From assembly GCF_964194025.1 (NCBI RefSeq), contig NC_134468.1, positions 38,254,001 to 38,318,000 of the forward strand: a stretch of 64,000 nucleotides of DNA, written 5' to 3'. Positions 24,322-36,502 of the stretch are shown here, piece after piece. The notes beneath the pieces were generated by a model. That model had not been told where the DNA came from and searched no databases. It worked only from the letters and a program-made list of their open reading frames with translations. This stretch comes from Convolutriloba macropyga. Taxonomy: Eukaryota. Positions within the stretch are counted from its first letter, which is position 1; each line of letters opens with the position of its first letter. The translations under genes and the position numbers were made by a program.

Positions 24322-26730
24322 TCACACACCTTTAGCAACCGTTCCAAATTGACCAATCTTAACGGTTGACATTTTTTCTCCTAAAACTTCAACGCTAAGA
24401 TCGGGATATTGAATAATTTTCCAGCATCTTGAAGTGAAACAAGATTGGACTCAAGTATGTAATGCTTCTAAAACTGATTATTTGGTAACGCAGGAATTTC
24501 TTCGTTGAAATTCATTGCATTCATTAATGTTACGTTTGCACTACAGTAATTAGTTGTATCAACTGATGCTATTGGTCTACCTCCGCAAACAATTCCAAAT
24601 TATCGCATCAAAGCTTTCCCCTAATGGAAAGGAGATTTTTGAACATGCCATGTGATTGCCAAATTAGTGTTCGTCGCAATAGATTTTCGTCTGATTAGAG
24701 CATTGTTAAAAGGATTTTGCTGATTAAACTGCTTCTGTCTTGAAGGAATAATTAGCAACAGCTCATCTTGTGAGTAAGGAAAAATTAAAAACTTTGAGGG
24801 AAACGTGAGGATTGTGTGATATCATGAAACTACAAGGTCTTGGACAAATCAATTTCAGTCTAACTTTTGTACTTGGAAGCAATTTACTTTTCACAATGGA
24901 ACAAATCAACAGCTAATAAACAGTAGTAATTGGTGCCATTGTTCAGCAAAACTTTTTCCTCGATCTATAAACGGAATCGCTAGGATGGATACGATTTTCA
25001 AAACAGTATCCATCAAAAGCGCAAATCCATTCATTGTTTTTTGTTCATTCATTGTTAAAAAGATTTTGCTGAATAAACTGGTTCTGTCTTGAAGGAATAG
25101 TAACATACGTGAAACTAAATCCATAAAGTTGTGACAGGCAAGATGATGAGTTAATTAGTATTAGATGGTCTGGTGGTACACTTATATAGCAACAGCTCAT
25201 CATGTGAATAAGGAATAATCAAGAATTTTGAGGGATATGTGAGGATTGTGTGATATCATGAAACAACAAGGTCTTCCACAAATCAATTTCAGTCTAACTG
25301 TTGTATTTGGAAGCAATTTACTTTTCACAATGGAATAAATCAACAGCTAATAAACAGTAGTAATTGGTGCCATTGTTCATCAAAATTTTTTCATCTTGAT
25401 CTTTAAACGGAATCGCTAGGATGGATACGATTTCCAAATTGTATCCAAGACAACCGCAAATTCATTCATTGTTTCTCATTCATTCATTGTTAAAAAGATT
25501 TTGCTGAATAAACTGGTTCTGTTTCGAAGGAATAACAATAAACGTGCAACTAAATCCATAAAGTTGCGACAGGCAGGATGATGAGTTATTTAGTATTTGA
25601 TAGTCTGGTGGTACACTTATTTAGCAACAGCTCATCTTGTGAACATGGAATAATCAAGAATTTTGAGGGATATGTGAGGATTAAGTGATATCATGAAACA
25701 ACAAGGTCTTCCACAAATCAATTTCAGTCTAACTGTTGTATTTGGAAGCAATTTACTTTTCACAATGGAATAAATCAACAGCTAATAAACAGTAGTAATT
25801 GGTGCCATTGTTCAGCAAAATTTTTTCATCTTGATCTTTAAACGGAATCGCTAGGATGGATACGATTTCCAAATTGTATCCAAGACAAGCGCAAATTCAT
25901 TCATTGTTTCCCATTCATTCATTGTTAAAAAGATTTTGCTGAATAAACTGGTTCTGTTTCTAAGGAATAACAATAAACGTGCAACTAAATCCATAAAGTT
26001 GCGACAGGCAGGATGATGAGTTATTTAGTATTTGATAGTCTGGTGGTACACTTATTTAGCAACAGCTCATCTTGTGAACAAGGAATAATCAAGAACTTTG
26101 AGGGAAATGTGAGGATTGTGTGATGTCTTGAAACAACAAGGTCTTGCAAAATCAATTTCAGTCTAACTTTTGTAATTGGAAGCAATTTACTTTTCACAAT
26201 GGAATAAATCAACAGCTAATAAACAGTTGTAATTGGTGCCATTGTTCAGCAAATTTTTTTCCCTTGATCTATAAACGGAATCGCTAGGAAGGATACGATT
26301 TTCAAAATTGTATCCATCACAAGCGCAAACTTATAATTTGTTTCTCGTTGAACCAGTAAATAAATTGGAATTGAAAATTTTGTGTCCGTAGGCAACATCC
26401 CAGTTGTACAGTTGTTGATTGTTTGGATACACTTCAGAGCGGAAAAAGAATGATTGTGGTAAAATGTTGATGTGAATTAGATAATGGAAATCATCTTCTG
26501 TGAAAGACATAAAAATATCTAATTTCCTATTCTGATTTTTTTTATCAAATCATCAAACAAATTTCCATTTTGTTTTGTAACTTTGGTTTGAAGGGCGGTA
26601 TCTCTCATACTGAGATTATATTTGTTGTGAATGTTTTGAACATGATTAGATTCAATTGGTTGTAAAACAAGGATTATGTCAAAATCTCAAAACAAGAGTT
26701 TGTAATGTGTTCATATCAAAAATTAGAATC
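24322..26730 (-). pseudogene. Major capsid protein (double jelly-roll, hexon-like) relic with internal tandem repeats
   Basis: Fragments include SEVYPNNQQLYN...YGHK, LLPNTTVRLKLI.GRP..FMISHNP, IIPSRQKQFNQQNPFNNALIRR, MNAMNFNEEIP and VLGEKMSTVKIGQFGTVAKGV*. They match the Polinton/adintovirus MCP pattern; stops and frameshifts are frequent. Confidence 0.8.
24700..26330. repeat. Tandem ~435-bp repeat (~3.7 copies) inside the MCP gene
   Basis: agcaacagctcatc occurs at 24754, 25188, 25623 and 26058 (spacing 434, 435, 435). Confidence 0.95.
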
Positions 26731-26744
26731 GTTTTTTGATCCAG

Positions 26745-27100
26745 AGTTTTTTTAGATTTGTAAAAGTATCTGCTCTTGTTCGACGAAATCCACCAAGCTC
26801 TGGAGATTTCCTAACAATAATGCGATGCTTTCTTGTTTTTCCTGAACCTAGCTGTTTACGTAAAGATTTTTTCAAACATCAGCAGCAACAGATTTGATTT
26901 TTTTCTTCCCAGTCAAATCGTTGCCCATTTCAACAGCAGCGAATTCAATTGAATCCCGAACCACTATTTTTCTGCTGGTTGAACATATTGTATCAAAAAC
27001 GAAATAGCTGTTTTCCGAACTTTCGCACTAAAACTCCAAGTTACCTACCCTATTGTCTGGCATATCCACAAACATTGAAAAAATCACTATCACCAACCAT
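26745..27100 (-). pseudogene. Small basic Gly/Arg-rich Polinton core-like protein relic; second copy ~28920-29276
   Basis: Reads MVGDSDFF..CGYARQ*GR..., LRKQLGSG..., RRTRADTFTN. It sits between the minor and major capsid genes as in adintovirus-type elements. Confidence 0.55.
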
Positions 27101-27124
27101 TTTTTAGCACTTCAATTTCAATTC

Positions 27125-27950
27125 CAAAAAAATTTATCGGATGTTTTTCTAAACATAAGTACTGCTCCTGTCACTCCAACAGAGTTGAAAGATACTTTTC
27201 ACCATAAGATTCCCGGAGCTCAAGTTTTATGCTAAGGAACGAAATTTTAGAAATTTTTTAAATCGTAGGTTTGGAAGGTTTTAATAATTCTAATGTTGTC
27301 CAATTCAGGTAATGTCGGCATTCTTAATTTTTGATTTAAATGGAATCAATTATAAAAAAAGCAGCTTCTGTATCGTCCACAATATTGTATTAAACAATAT
27401 CACTATATATCATTGAGGTATGCGTTCGTACAATGTCAAAAGGGAACGTGGAAAATGTAGACGTGCACCAATCATGAAAATACCCATCTTTTAAACAAGT
27501 TCTTCACATTCAGAGACGTAACAAAGATCCCCATTAAACATTACACGTAAAGAATTCTGAATTGGAAGACTGAAAGAAGTTAGCTGCGTACTTTTGCTAA
27601 CGTGTAAATTAATTGGTGTAATTTTATACTTTTCACGTTGCTGAACTTTTCTGTTCATTTCGTTTACAATACCCGAAATTGATGGATACCAACTTGGATC
27701 AAGTTTGTAATAGTCTGATGGTTTCGGATAAAGTGCCGCTTCATCTAGATAAAATAAAATTTTCCCTTATTGATGTTTTGCTACAAGGAAGGATAAGACA
27801 ATACTGTAATTGCAACCTCATATTCTTTCCAGATTCATTTGTTGCTGTCAAAAAGCAAAAACAAAACTAAAAGAGTACATTTTTTAGGTAACAATCAAAG
27901 GAAGCATTCAAAACCAATTCTACATTGAAAAAAAAAGTCTCTAGATGATA
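27125..27950 (-). pseudogene. Minor capsid (penton-like, single jelly-roll) relic; second copy ~29300-30115
   Basis: Fragments: F.VELVLNASFDCY..N, YPSISGIVNEMN, FDIVRTHTSMIYSDIV*YNIVDDTEA, IKLELRESYGEK, VLMFRK. These match the F...L.SN.S...YP.N and IY.DI+....VGD penton motifs. Confidence 0.75.
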
Positions 27951-28322
27951 CACTTCGCAAGTTCTTGTTCACAAAATATGCGTAGACTTTCCTCTCCTTG
28001 TTCTCCGTAAAGTTTATATTTTGCTGTTTTAAAAAAGCACTTTTAACAATTTGGTTTTCCTTTTGTTTTAACAAATATATCAACTTTTTTCAAACGTATT
28101 TATCAATGTTTTCCTTCAAGTAGCGATAGAAATGTTTTACAAAGATCTAATTGCTCTTTCTGCTACAGCAGCTTTGGTTTCACACCTTTTAGAGTAAGTT
28201 TTGATGGCTTTGCTCTCAAAAATTCTCCCCTATCTCCGTACCTCAATACTTTGATCATCGCGCCCTCTTTCACTTTTAGTCTTCTCCCTTAACGTTTTTG
28301 TAAAAGCATCTACAGTATCAGA
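27950..28322 (-). pseudogene. Partial duplicate of the integrase core and C-terminus
   Basis: IKTYSKRCETKAAVAERAIRSL..YRYL contains the rve catalytic Glu motif. Confidence 0.75.
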
Positions 28323-30109
28323 GAAATTTGGATTTGGAAGCAATTTTGTATTTGGAAGCAATTTACTTTTCACAATGGAATAAATCAACAGCTAATAAAC
28401 AGTTGTAATTGGTGCCATTGTTCAGCAAATTTTTTTCCCTTGATCTATAAACGGAATCGCTAGGAAGGATACGATTTTCAAAATTGTATCCATCACAAGC
28501 GCAAACTTATAATTTGTTTCTCGTTGAACCAGTAAATAAATTGGAATTGAAAATTTTGTGTCCGTAGGCAACATCCCAGTTGTACAGTTGTTGATTGTTT
28601 GGATACACTTCAGAGCGGAAAAAGAATGATTGTGGTAAATTGTTGATGTGAATTAGATAATGGAAATCATCTTCTGTGAAAGACATAAAAATATCTAATT
28701 TCCTATTCTGATTTTTTTTATCAAATCATCAAACAAATTTCCATTTTGTTATGGAACTTTGGTTTGAAGGGCGGTATCTCTCATACTGAGATTATATTTG
28801 CTGTGAATGTTTTGAACATGATTAGATTCAATTGGTTGTAAAACAAGGATTATGTCAAAATCTCAAAACAAGAGTTTGTAATGTGTTCATATCAAAAATT
28901 AGAATCGTTTTTTGATCCAGAGTTTTTTTAGATTTGTAAAAGTATCTGCTCTTGTTCGACGAAATCCACCAAGCTCTGGAGATTTCCTAACGATAATGCG
29001 ATGCTTTCTTGTTTTTCCTGAACCTAGCTGTTTACGTAAAGATTTTTTCAAACATCAGCAGCAACAGATTTGATTTTTTTCTTCCCAGTCAAATCGTTGC
29101 CCATTTCAACAGCAGCGAATTCAATTGAATCCCGAACCACTATTTTTCTGCTGGTTGAACATATTGTATCAAAAACGAAATAGCTGTTTTCCGAACTTTC
29201 GCACTAAAACTCCAAGTTACCTACCCTATTGTCTGGCATATCCACAAACATTGAAAAAATCACTATCACCAACCATTTTTTAGCACTTCAATTTCAATTC
29301 CAAAAAAATTTATCGGATGTTTTTCTAAACATAAGTACTGCTCCTGTCACTCCAACAGAGTTGAAAGATACTTTTCACCATAAGATTCTCGGAGCTCAAG
29401 TTTTATGCTATGGAAAGAAATTTTAGAAATTTTTTTAAATTGTAGATTTGGAAGGTTTTAATAATTCAAGTGTTGTCCATTTCAGGTAATGTCGGCATTC
29501 TTAATTTTTGATTTAAATGGAATCAATTATAAAAAAGCAGCTTCTGTATCGTCCACAACATTGTATTAAACAATATCACTATATATCATTGAGGTATGCG
29601 TTCGCACAATGTCAAAAGGGAACGTGGAAAATGTAGACGTGCACCAATCATGAAAACACCCATCTTTTAAACAAGTTCTTCACATTCAGAGACGTAACAA
29701 AGATCCCCATTAAACATTACACGTAAAGAATTCTGAATTGGAAGACTGAAAGAAGTTAGCTGCTAACGTGTAAATTAATTGGTGTAATTTTATACTTTTC
29801 ACGTTGCTGAATTTTTCTGTTCATTTCGTTTACAATATCCAAAATTGATGGATACCAACTTGGATCAAGTTTGTAATTGTCTGATGGTTTCGGTTAAAGT
29901 GCCGCTTCATCTAGATAAAATAAAATTTTCCCTTATTGATGTTTTGCTACAAGGAAGGATAAGACAATACTGTAAATGCAACCTCACATTCTTTCCAGAT
30001 TCATTTGTTGCTGTCAAAAAGCAAAAAAAAAAACTAAGAGAGTACATTTTTTAGGAAACAATCAAAGGAAGCATTCAAAACCATTTCTACATTGAAAAAA
30101 TACGTCTCT

Positions 30110-30810
30110 AGATGATACACTTCGCAAGTTCTTGTTCACAAAATGTGCGTAGACTTTCCTCTCCTTGTTCTCCGTAAAGATTATATTTTGCTGTTTTAAA
30201 AAAGCAATTTTAACAATTTTGGTTTTCCTTGTTTTAACAAATGTATCAACTTTTTTTAAACGTATTTATCAATGTTTTCCTTCAAGTAGCGATAGAAATG
30301 TTTTACAAAGATCTAAATGCTCTTTCTGCTACAGCAGCTTTGGTTTCACACCTTTTAGAGTAAGTTTTGATGGCTTTGCTCTCACAAAATTCTCCCCTAT
30401 CTCCGTACCTTAATACTTTGATCATCGCGCCCTCTATCACTTTTAGTGTTCTCCCCTAACGTTTTTGTAAAAGCATCTACAGTATCAGAGGAATAATTAG
30501 ACTTTATTGGCTGAACAGGCGGGAAAATATGTCACCTAATGCCATAAGTATTTCCCACCGTTAATATGTTCAGACAACGTATCCATGAAAACCAAATCAA
30601 GACCCCAAATATCAAGTATACCTTTTGTGGAGGCAGGTATCCTTTTGAAACGCCAAAATGCATGTCAGCATTTAGTTTAAGAAATTTTTCTGTATAAAAA
30701 ATCTGTAATTTTGTTTGACAATGCACTATTTTTCTGAAGGTTTTGAATTGAACCATATGCAGCTTCCCCTTCCCTGTACAGCCTCTAAATCTTATCTCTT
30801 TCGGATTTGC
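30110..30810 (-). pseudogene. Retroviral-like (rve) integrase relic
   Basis: N-terminal RLYREGEAAYGSIQNL (30787-30740) and core ETKAAVAERAFRSL (~30345-30305), with internal deletions and frameshifts. Confidence 0.75.
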
Positions 30811-31195
30811 ATTGGAATTCAGCTTCCTCGGTCTTTGCTTTTGGCGTCTTTGTTTATAATTTTACGTGAATCTAAATAAGTTGCGTCACGAATTATGTGA
30901 TAAATATCAGGTAAAGCAACGTTTTTTTCTTCGAAGCTAAAACGAAGTCGACAAAAGCCGCGTTTGTATCTCTTTCGTCTAACAGAATGGAGTCTGCTAG
31001 GGATAGCTTCATGCGAGGTGAATTCAATAATTTATTGATAAATGATTCTTTGCTGAAAGACTTTGTTTTAGCGTTAACACGTTTATTAACGATTTCTGAA
31101 GATGTTGGAACCAAATCATCTTTGTCCAAATTTTTAGGTGATAAACTCAATTTCTGCTCATAAAGTGTTCGAGGAATCAAAACAAACTGATCCAT
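30805..31195 (-). pseudogene. Polinton-associated hypothetical ORF immediately upstream of the integrase
   Basis: The 100-aa ORF MDQFVLIPRTLYEQ... continues after a frameshift in an A-run as KNVALPDIY...KDAKSKDRGS*IP. It abuts the integrase start. Confidence 0.6.
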
Positions 31196-32004
31196 TTCAG
31201 GCGAGACGTTTAATGATTGACTGAATTAGAATTGATGTCAAACTGATCCCCTTTTTGAAGCTCAGGATCCGTCTTCTGTTACTGAGACTAGTTACATTTA
31301 GAATAAGCAGATGAACGCCTCTGAATTTTAGAACTTCTGGTTTTTGAATTTCTCGTAGCTCTCCTATTAGAAGATTTACTATGCACTTGTTAAAAAATCG
31401 GACGAAATGTTTGACAAACGCTGATAAATTTTATTTTGAAGTTGTGGGCATATTTTTTGGAACGCGATCAGAAGAGACAGATGTTGAGTTGGAAAAACTG
31501 AATTAAAAAATTATACAAAATTTATTAGAACACCTTCGTGATCTTCTTTCTTATGTAGAGAAGGAACTTCAATTAAGTAATCTCGTCTTTGATCACAATA
31601 ATCGAAAAGCTCAATCTTGGAAATGTTTTGGAAAGACGTGTAACCGGTCTTAAGACGCTTTTATGTTCCAGTTTTCTTCTATTCAGCTTGTTGTTTTGTA
31701 AAAATTGCAGTAGCTGATTTAAAGTAATACGTCGCAGTCCGCAATGAATATTCCACTCAAGCTTCAAAAAAAAATTGGATTCACTGTCAATTTTCGGATG
31801 AGTTGAGACTTAAATCAAAAATGTCCCCCTTGGAATTGTTTTTGGACAAACGTGTAACCGGTCTTTAGTAGTCTTTATGTTCCAGTTTTTCAGCTTGTTG
31901 TTTCGTAAGAATTGCATTAGGTGAGACTTTCGAGGAGACAACAGTTTGGATTGGATTGCAATTCTGTAGAAAACAGTTGGTTATATCTTACTTTCTCTAA
32001 AATT

Positions 32005-32100
32005 ATGAAAAAACTTATTTCCAAGGAAGAAAGTTTTTTTCTTCCGCTGGTTGGACTTGGTGGATCTGAGAAATCTCATCTTATCCCAAAGTTGACAATG
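32005..32100 (+). pseudogene. N-terminal stub of the A32/FtsK-like packaging ATPase
   Basis: MKKLISKEESFFLPLVGLGGSEKSHLI is a hydrophobic strand plus a degenerate Walker A (GxxGxGKS). The rest of the gene is deleted. Confidence 0.6.
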
Positions 32101-32279
32101 AGTCTAGTTTTTACGTTCAACTATCAGTGAGAAAAAGCATCAAAATTGATTATTATACTAAAATCAGGAGCAAAACTAAGAAAGTGCAATAAAGTATGCG
32201 AACACAGTAGCTGTAGATGTATATTTTTAAAAAACTCTTTCTTTAAAATAACTTTAATACAAGAAATAAATTAAAAACA

Positions 32280-32770
32280 TATTAAAATCACCAATACAAA
32301 CCCAAGAAAATTCTGTAGTGTGAACAATATTCAAAGCCTTTATCTCTAAGACTAGGTCTTTTTTCTGCACAATGAATGTTGTTAAAGTCACGACACGTGT
32401 AGTTTCTGCAATCCCAATCAACATCATTGTTTATTAACATGGAAGCCTTCAAACAACCGAGCTTGTCAAGGTTTTCCGAATCCTTACAAAAGTAAGATGA
32501 TAAAAGTTTGCCCTTCCCAAGTTCTTTTGCATAATGCTTTGTTGTTTTTGAGTAATATTAATGTATAAAACAAACTAGCTCTGATTAAGTCAGCTTTGCA
32601 TTATTGGAATTTATGCTGTTCATGTTTTTTGTGTTCTTTTTTGCTTGAAAAGCTGATTTGTAGTCTTTAGTTGTGTAAAAACTGTATCCAAATACAATTC
32701 CATCCTTAAATAATCCAACTCTTTAACAATTTTGTACTCTAATCATTCAATATCTAGTACACTGAGTAAA
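32280..32770 (-). pseudogene. Accessory ORF relic, DEDD exonuclease-like
   Basis: Reads VLDIE*LEYKIVKEL...GYSF...HYAKELGKGKLL...ENLDKLGC. It starts with an ExoI-like hhDxE motif. Confidence 0.45.
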
Positions 32771-33689
32771 ATCTTTTTCTGGATTGATTTCAGAAAAATG
32801 ATCAACAATCTAATATTTGGAAAATACGTAATTGACAAAACTTTATATAGAGTCAAAAAAGATACCAGTAAGGTAACCCAAAAGTTATGAGTTTGGAAGT
32901 TAAGGTAACATGTAACAATAACAGGGTCCATTGTTAGTTGTTGCCTTTACAGAACTCTCTTTTGTAAAATTGCATGTAAACGGAATATTTTCGATTGTGC
33001 AAGAAAGATGTGCAGAATTGAATAACCGCATCCAATAAGTCCTCCTTGGGGGAATTTTGGATCAACTTCCTCTAAATTGACGCTTTGATCCCAAATTGTA
33101 CATGCTGCCAGGAGGCAACTTTTTGTTTTTTGTTGTTCAGGAACAATGGCAATTTAGCGCTGTTTCAATTGAGAATGTTTGAAAGTATGGCAAAACTCAT
33201 CAATTTTTTTTATTTGTCTGAGAAGACGTTGGTTTTTTTGAATTTCTCTACATAAGAAAGAAGATCAGGAAGATGTCCCAAAAGTTCTTTGTATGACCTT
33301 ATAAACTTCAATGTTTGGCAAAAAATTCCATTAAAATCCGTTCCAACGGTGTTATGAAATGAAACTTTCTTGTTCATCGGATTAAAATTTTAAAGTAGTA
33401 CGTCGTTGTCCTTTATGAATAAACCACTCAAGTTAGTTAAAAATTTAGATTCACTGTCGACTTTGGGAAAAGCTTCCAAAACTGTATAAGATTATTTTTT
33501 TAGTTCGTAGTGACAATTGACAAGCAATACTTTTGTTTCATTTCTGAGACTCAGAAAAATTTTTCTAGAGTAGCAAATATTCCGACACATTTTTACGTTG
33601 AAAAAAATGACAATGAGCAATAACAGTGACTCGAAAAGACAAACGAAGTATAGAATTACACAAAATTTATTGAAACGTACATTGTCGAA

Positions 33690-34190
33690 TATTGGAAAAG
33701 TCACTCAAAATTTGTATCAACTCCTTGAATTCATCCAGCATGTAGCTGACATTAGACATTTGTTTGAACTGGTTGTTTTACTGTTGTCAAAAAAGACGAA
33801 TTTGTACATAAATTGAAGCTGGGTTGTCCTTGATGTAGTGGATAAAAGAAACCTAGAGTCTCCGATTTTGCCCAATGCTAATAACCCTCAGTTTGTGACA
33901 GTGTTCACGCAAGTGCTCAATGCTTGTATCTATGTCGAATTGAGGCTGGTTTTATTTCATCTCCACTTCTCCATTGAGTAGATCCTCCTCGAGGATGCAG
34001 AATTTTCGAAGTTTGTAGTATCCAATTTGCAGTTGCTGGTACTTTTCAAAAGTCTCGGAATTGTCTTTTCTAAAGACCTGAAAGGTTGATTCAGATTGAA
34101 GTTGTCTGTTTTATATAATCTGGAAAACAATACTTCCCCCAAATCTTTTTGAAATGGATCTAAAGACCGTATAAGGAAGAACCGGATCAG
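33690..34190 (-). pseudogene. Polinton accessory ORF relic of unknown function
   Basis: Coding-like fragments FQVFRKDNSETFEKYQQLQIG and IHYIKDNPASIYVQIRLF...VSYMLDEFKEL, interrupted by stops. Confidence 0.45.
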
Positions 34191-35847
34191 TTACTGTCTT
34201 TGTTTAGGATTGAGTGAACATAGAAGGCCATTCGAATGGAAAAAAGGTATTTTAGAGAAAAATAGTTCTACAAAAAAAGTTGGGAGTGTAAAATTGTATA
34301 GTTTAGTTAACTCTAATACAAAGCCCTCCCAATAACTAAGTTATATCCTGTTAAGGTATAAGGTATAAATTCCCTATAAGGTAATCTATTCAAAATGGTT
34401 GAGATTCGACAAAAAAAATAAACAGAATTTAAAAAGCATCCTGGTGTTTAGCACATCTGTTTTGCATTGATGCATTGAAAAAAATTTTGCTGAAATTTCA
34501 GAAAAAATTATAACGATATTTATTAGCGGGTTGTTTCCTGAACTTCATCATTTCATTACATTCGAAACTTGTTAACTCCAAATATAGAGAATTAGGTCAT
34601 CATACATTTTGTTTCCTTAAAGAAAATCTATTCTATTATCCCAATACGTTATGGCAGCAACAAAGAGTCAAATTTGACCCCATTTTTACCAAGACTATAA
34701 CGAGAAAGCCTTGTTCATTTCTGTATCAGTTAAGGAGTATAAACCATATCTACTCACTTTCAATTACTCTGTTGCATCTTATAACTATAACTGTTGACCA
34801 TTAAAGACTTGTTGTTACCACATTGTTCTCATTTCTACCGCATTGAAAGAGAAATTAGAGAAAAATAAAAATCCCTCTTATATTTATCAAGCACTAGGTT
34901 GCCTGTACACACTCTATAAACATGAGTTCTTTGGTTCGATGATAGAAGAGTCAGGATTATTCTTTAACCAGTTTACCAGGGAGTAAGAGAACATCTTGCA
35001 TAATAAGTATGTGGAAAAAGCGCCCAGTGTCTCCAAAAAACGAGTGAGTAGAAAGAAGTTCACGCATCACCTGCTACGAGCTGAACAACAAAATTTGAGT
35101 ACTAAAAACCTTGAATATTTTTTTTCTTGATAGAGTCCAACCTTCTGAAAGGTAAAAATCTGAGAGTGAAACAAAAAGATTGTTATATTTTTGTTAGATG
35201 AACATTGCAATAATGATAATCTTCTTTTTCCTCTTGATTTAGGTAGTAAAAATCTATTTAGTGTGTTGTCATGTTTTGTGATTTGTATTTATTTTAGTTC
35301 AAATAATGTGTTGTTAAAACATTTTTTTGTGTTGTTAAAATCCTTTCTTTCTCCTGAAGATCAAAATTTCAAAAAGTTTGCTAAAAGTAGAAAAAAATTT
35401 CAGATTTTTTTTCTGCTAAATAACAAATTTTGAGTCAAAAAGATTTCCTAGACAACCGAAAAAAATTTCAAACAGTGTCAATGAAAAACGCCTAAATATC
35501 AATTTTTTCAATAATTTGTATGGTTTTGCTCCAAAAATGAATTTTTCTGCACATTTTGAAATTAAAACTTTTGAAACAGTTTTTCTGAATTGTAAATCAA
35601 TTATCATTTTTTAAAATTTTTTTCTGTTAAAAACCCATTTTCAATCATATTTTTTACTAGAACGTAGCTTGCATAGTATTTTCCGCTCAAATTCCTATAG
35701 ATAAAAACTAGTTCAAAAAAAGCAGTTCGAATGCATCAGAAAGTACTTTAAAAGAAATCAAGTATGACACTTACAACATGTATATCAAATTTATTCAAGA
35801 AGAGTTCTCCGAACACAATTCTGAATCTTAATGTCAAATGCTATTGC

Positions 35848-36502
35848 TCATTGAACGATTGCTGGAGGGTGTGTAGGTCGAGTACTGAGAGGAGTTGTGT
35901 TTGAAGCCTCATCTGTAAGAAAAATTGGGTTTCCAGCTGTTCTTTGCTCTCTGGATGAAGTTGACATGGAGAGGGTTGCAGACATGTCAGTCAATTCATT
36001 AAATTGAGCTGTTTCGAAGTCTTGCAGATCGTTGACTCTGGATGATCCGGTGTCGATACTCAATTCGCAGTGTTCACAGCTGCCAGCATTTGCCACTATC
36101 TGGAAAAAGTTGTTGACCGGCTCTGTGCTCCATACTTGTCTTGATTTGGGTTTATTGAACCAGGCGATTGGAATCTCATAGAATTCTCATGAAAAAAAAT
36201 TCGATATTCCCAGCCACATAGCTAGACAGGACCCAGCAAAAGTCGGATTGTGATGACCACTGATCACAGCAAGTTCGTGACCCATCGTTTGATTTCGCAG
36301 CTGATTCTCGATCATTGGAACTTGTCTTGCTCATACGTCTCAAAATGCTGTCTTTGGTGCCTAATGATGCGCCAAATTGTAATAGGCAGGTTACAACAGA
36401 TTCATAGATCCCAATCAATAAATCTTTAATGTTTATCAAAGCAGTCGCCTCTGTAGAGGAAATCGGGTAGATTAGGTTGTTATTCTGCACGGTAAATTTC
36501 AT
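35848..36502 (-). pseudogene. Unknown ~217-aa gene split by a single frameshift
   Basis: ORFs 36176-36502 and 35848-36096 join if 1 nt is removed near 36183 (giving ...MRFYEIPIAWF...). The region is GC-richer than its flanks, with an upstream ATTGG (CCAAT) box at ~36636. Confidence 0.35.

Larger units (their letters stand above)
26170..30490. repeat. Recent tandem duplication with ~2.18 kb period (26170-28322 / 28347-30490)
   Basis: ORFs 27053/29229 and 27679/29845 are near-identical at an offset of ~2170. The copies differ by scattered SNPs and small indels. Confidence 0.95.

Noticed and set aside
26170-30490. Duplications (also 59618-64000) as pure assembly artefacts
   Set aside because: The copies differ by many SNPs and indels and have structured junctions. 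Haplotype stacking cannot be fully excluded without reads.
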